Source: Chrysomallon squamiferum
Lineage: Eukaryota > Animalia > Mollusca
Direction: 5' to 3'
NCBI GenBank assembly: GCA_012295275.1
Contig: CM022676.1
Span: forward strand, 930,001 to 994,000
Length of the DNA: 64,000 nt
Positions within the stretch are counted from its first letter, which is position 1. Each line of letters starts with the position of its first letter. Below, piece after piece: positions 61,701-64,000 of this stretch. The translations under genes and the position numbers were made by a program. The notes below the pieces were generated by a model, which saw only the letters and a program-made list of their open reading frames with translations, made no database searches and was not told the origin of the DNA.

Positions 61701-62734
61701 TATGAGCCTGCGTTTCATTATATACACTTTAATAACATACTAATTTTTATATATTTAATCTTAAGGTTATTTTGTTTCTATAATAGAGTAAAGATAAATT
61801 AATGACAAACTTCAAATTTCAAATTTATTAATACAAATGTAGTCAGTAAATAAACTGCCTTTTAGTGCCCATATATGCAAATTAAAGTTCTGTCTGACCA
61901 TCCATAATAATATTTAGATAAAACTATTCGATGATGAACTTTTAAAGGCAGTTTTTAAATTGTAAAGTTGCCTTAATTAGTGGCCATGATATTACAAGTT
62001 TAATGTGACAAACTAAAATGGCTTTAAAATTTGTCCACTCACATGGCTTTGCTTTTTTTCATTCTGATTCCACGGTTTTCACCGACGTCCACAGGAATCT
62101 TATGGGCTTCAGGGTTGAAATTCAAGTTCTGGTTTTGGGAAGTGACAAGCGGGTGTTTGCACATGGTAGCAGTTCTGTTTCATGAACTTGAAGTTCACGG
62201 GAGAGAATATGAAACTGACCTTGCTTTGAAAAGCATGTGGTATGACACCTTTCTTCTTCTTTTTTTTGGCTTGTAATCTGTTTTTAACAGTGTATTGTTT
62301 GGTATATATATGTTACAGTCAAACTAGTCGTTTGGCCTAATGGCCAAAAGTTCCAGGAATTAGGCCATATGACTGGATTTTGTTTGGTGCTGTTTGACAT
62401 TCTGCCTGATAGCAATTCAGGCAATCAGTCAAATGGATTTAATGCTTTGTTTACATCTGTTCAGTGTAGGGATTAGTGGTTCAATTAAAAGCTTTATTAT
62501 CATAAGCTTTACACCTTAATGATATACAATGTCAATAATAAAATTAAAAAAAATGAAAGAATTACAAATCATGACAGTATGATCAAAAAGACCAAAAAAA
62601 ATTTGGAGAATAGAAATAGCAGATAAATTATATATAACTAATAAAAACTTTTCTAAATTGAAATGTTTGAAACAAATATTTCCCCAAATTACACAGTGAT
62701 TTCTTATTTTCAATTTTATCTTGAAACTCACCAC

Positions 62735-63260
62735 TGATACATACTATACATATTTTTTTTCTGCTACTTCAGTATTCCTATATCTTCCCGTCTTAGCTGC
62801 CAGCTGATGTGCAGATATCCTCACTTTTGTTAAGTATAAGTATCTTTTATAAATCATTGGTATAGATTTAAGCAAATAAAATTGAATTGATACACCATCT
62901 GTAATGAATTTATATAGACTGTTGCATTTCACAGTGTATTTAGCTGAATTGAAAGATTCTGCCTTACTTGGTCATAACTTCTTTGCTTAATTATGCACAG
63001 ATACTTTTTTTTTATTTTCATTAATCTAGTCCTGCTCTGTCCATATGTATCCCAATCCCCAGTTCATTAAAAGTTTTCCTAATAAAAGTCACCCAACATA
63101 AAATACAATTTTTACAAACATCTCAGTAATATGCTTTTTGAAAACCCCATAAAACAGCACACTAGTTATATATGTATCAAACACTGACAATAGAGAAATG
63201 TTATTTAAAAACGGTATTCTTCAGGTATACGTTGCCTTATTGTTGTATTATTTTTACATC
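62735..63260 (-). mobile_element. Decayed non-LTR retrotransposon (LINE) ORF2 C-terminal fragment
   Basis: Frameshifted pieces FDTYITSVLFYG, WVTFIRK..GLGYIWTEQ and LTKVRISAHQLAAKTGRY resemble the post-RT region of invertebrate LINEs. Confidence 0.7.
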
Positions 63261-63404
63261 AAAGACCAATGATTTAATACCGACAGTCTATAGTTTACTT
63301 GTTCAGTTTTCAAGGACATGTTTAATACTTAAAAAACACATCTCATTAGTGTTGGGCACTGGCTTCATTGGTCAATGTTGATAGGTGGTAATAAAAATAC
63401 AGAA

Positions 63405-64000
63405 GCTATGATCACACTGTGTCCACCATGGAGGTTCCTGTAGAAGATCACTTTAAGAGAGAACTGTTTAAGAAGTACGAAGCGGTGCAAGAGAGTGTAC
63501 ATTCCAAAGGAAGAGTACTTCTTGATTATGGACCAACTAAACAAGATCGCTATTGACCCCAGGAAGAAAACCCAGCATGAGTACTACCTCATGAAATTAT
63601 TCAGTGTGGAGACCTGCAGAAACTGACAAAGAATTGCCAAACAGATAAAGACATACCTCTGTTCTACGTTTCCATTGAAGACACCTTTGACTTCAAGCGG
63701 CCACACAACAGGTGGACGAGACCAGATGCTGAAAGAATTATCCAAAAAGTATATGAATTGGAAGTATAATAATGGATCCGAGTTTACAGTAGTCAAGCAA
63801 CTGATGGAATTGTGGACCGAATTGGTTATTATGCACGGGAAACCAAGACATCCCCAAAGCCAGGGCTCTGTAGAGCAGGCAAACTCGGACATTAAAGACA
63901 TGTTAGTATCCTGGATGAGCGAGAACGACACAAGGTACTCGAGTGTAGGCATCAAGTTTGTTCAGTTCAGGAAGAACTCGAGGTACAATGCTGGCATCAA
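63405..64000 (+). mobile_element. Decayed Ginger2/KRBA2-SCAND3-like DDE integrase (DNA transposon), running off the window
   Basis: Broken frames encode LCSTFPL/YVSIEDTFD, GHTTGGRDQMLKELSKKY, NNGSEFT and LWTELVIMHGKPRHPQSQGSVEQANSDIKDMLVSWM..GIKFVQF. Confidence 0.8.

Overview
This is very AT-rich, intron-rich animal genomic DNA. An invertebrate, plausibly a mollusc, is my inference from composition and transposon types only. From left to right it holds: (1) a 5'-truncated TMEM145 gene on + and a complete second TMEM145 paralog on -, tail-to-tail with matching intron positions; (2) a ~6 kb intergenic stretch with a decayed Gypsy LTR element, MITEs and microsatellites; (3) a two-exon sulfite oxidase (SUOX, +) convergent with a cystathionine beta-synthase (CBS, -) of 15 coding exons, whose third coding intron carries a Sola2-like DNA transposon inserted in a ~36-bp minisatellite; (4) an intact stand-alone 252-aa endonuclease/exonuclease/phosphatase (EEP, DNase I-like) ORF on -, head-to-head with (5) the PP2A scaffold subunit A gene (+, 15 coding exons, plus a partial exon duplication); (6) LINE and Ginger/KRBA2-like integrase relics at the right end. 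The best novelty candidates are the orphan EEP gene, the SUOX-CBS sulfur-metabolism pair, and the TMEM145 duplicates with diverged C-terminal sorting motifs. All exon coordinates were derived by hand from GT-AG sites and reading-frame continuity; no database searches were run.
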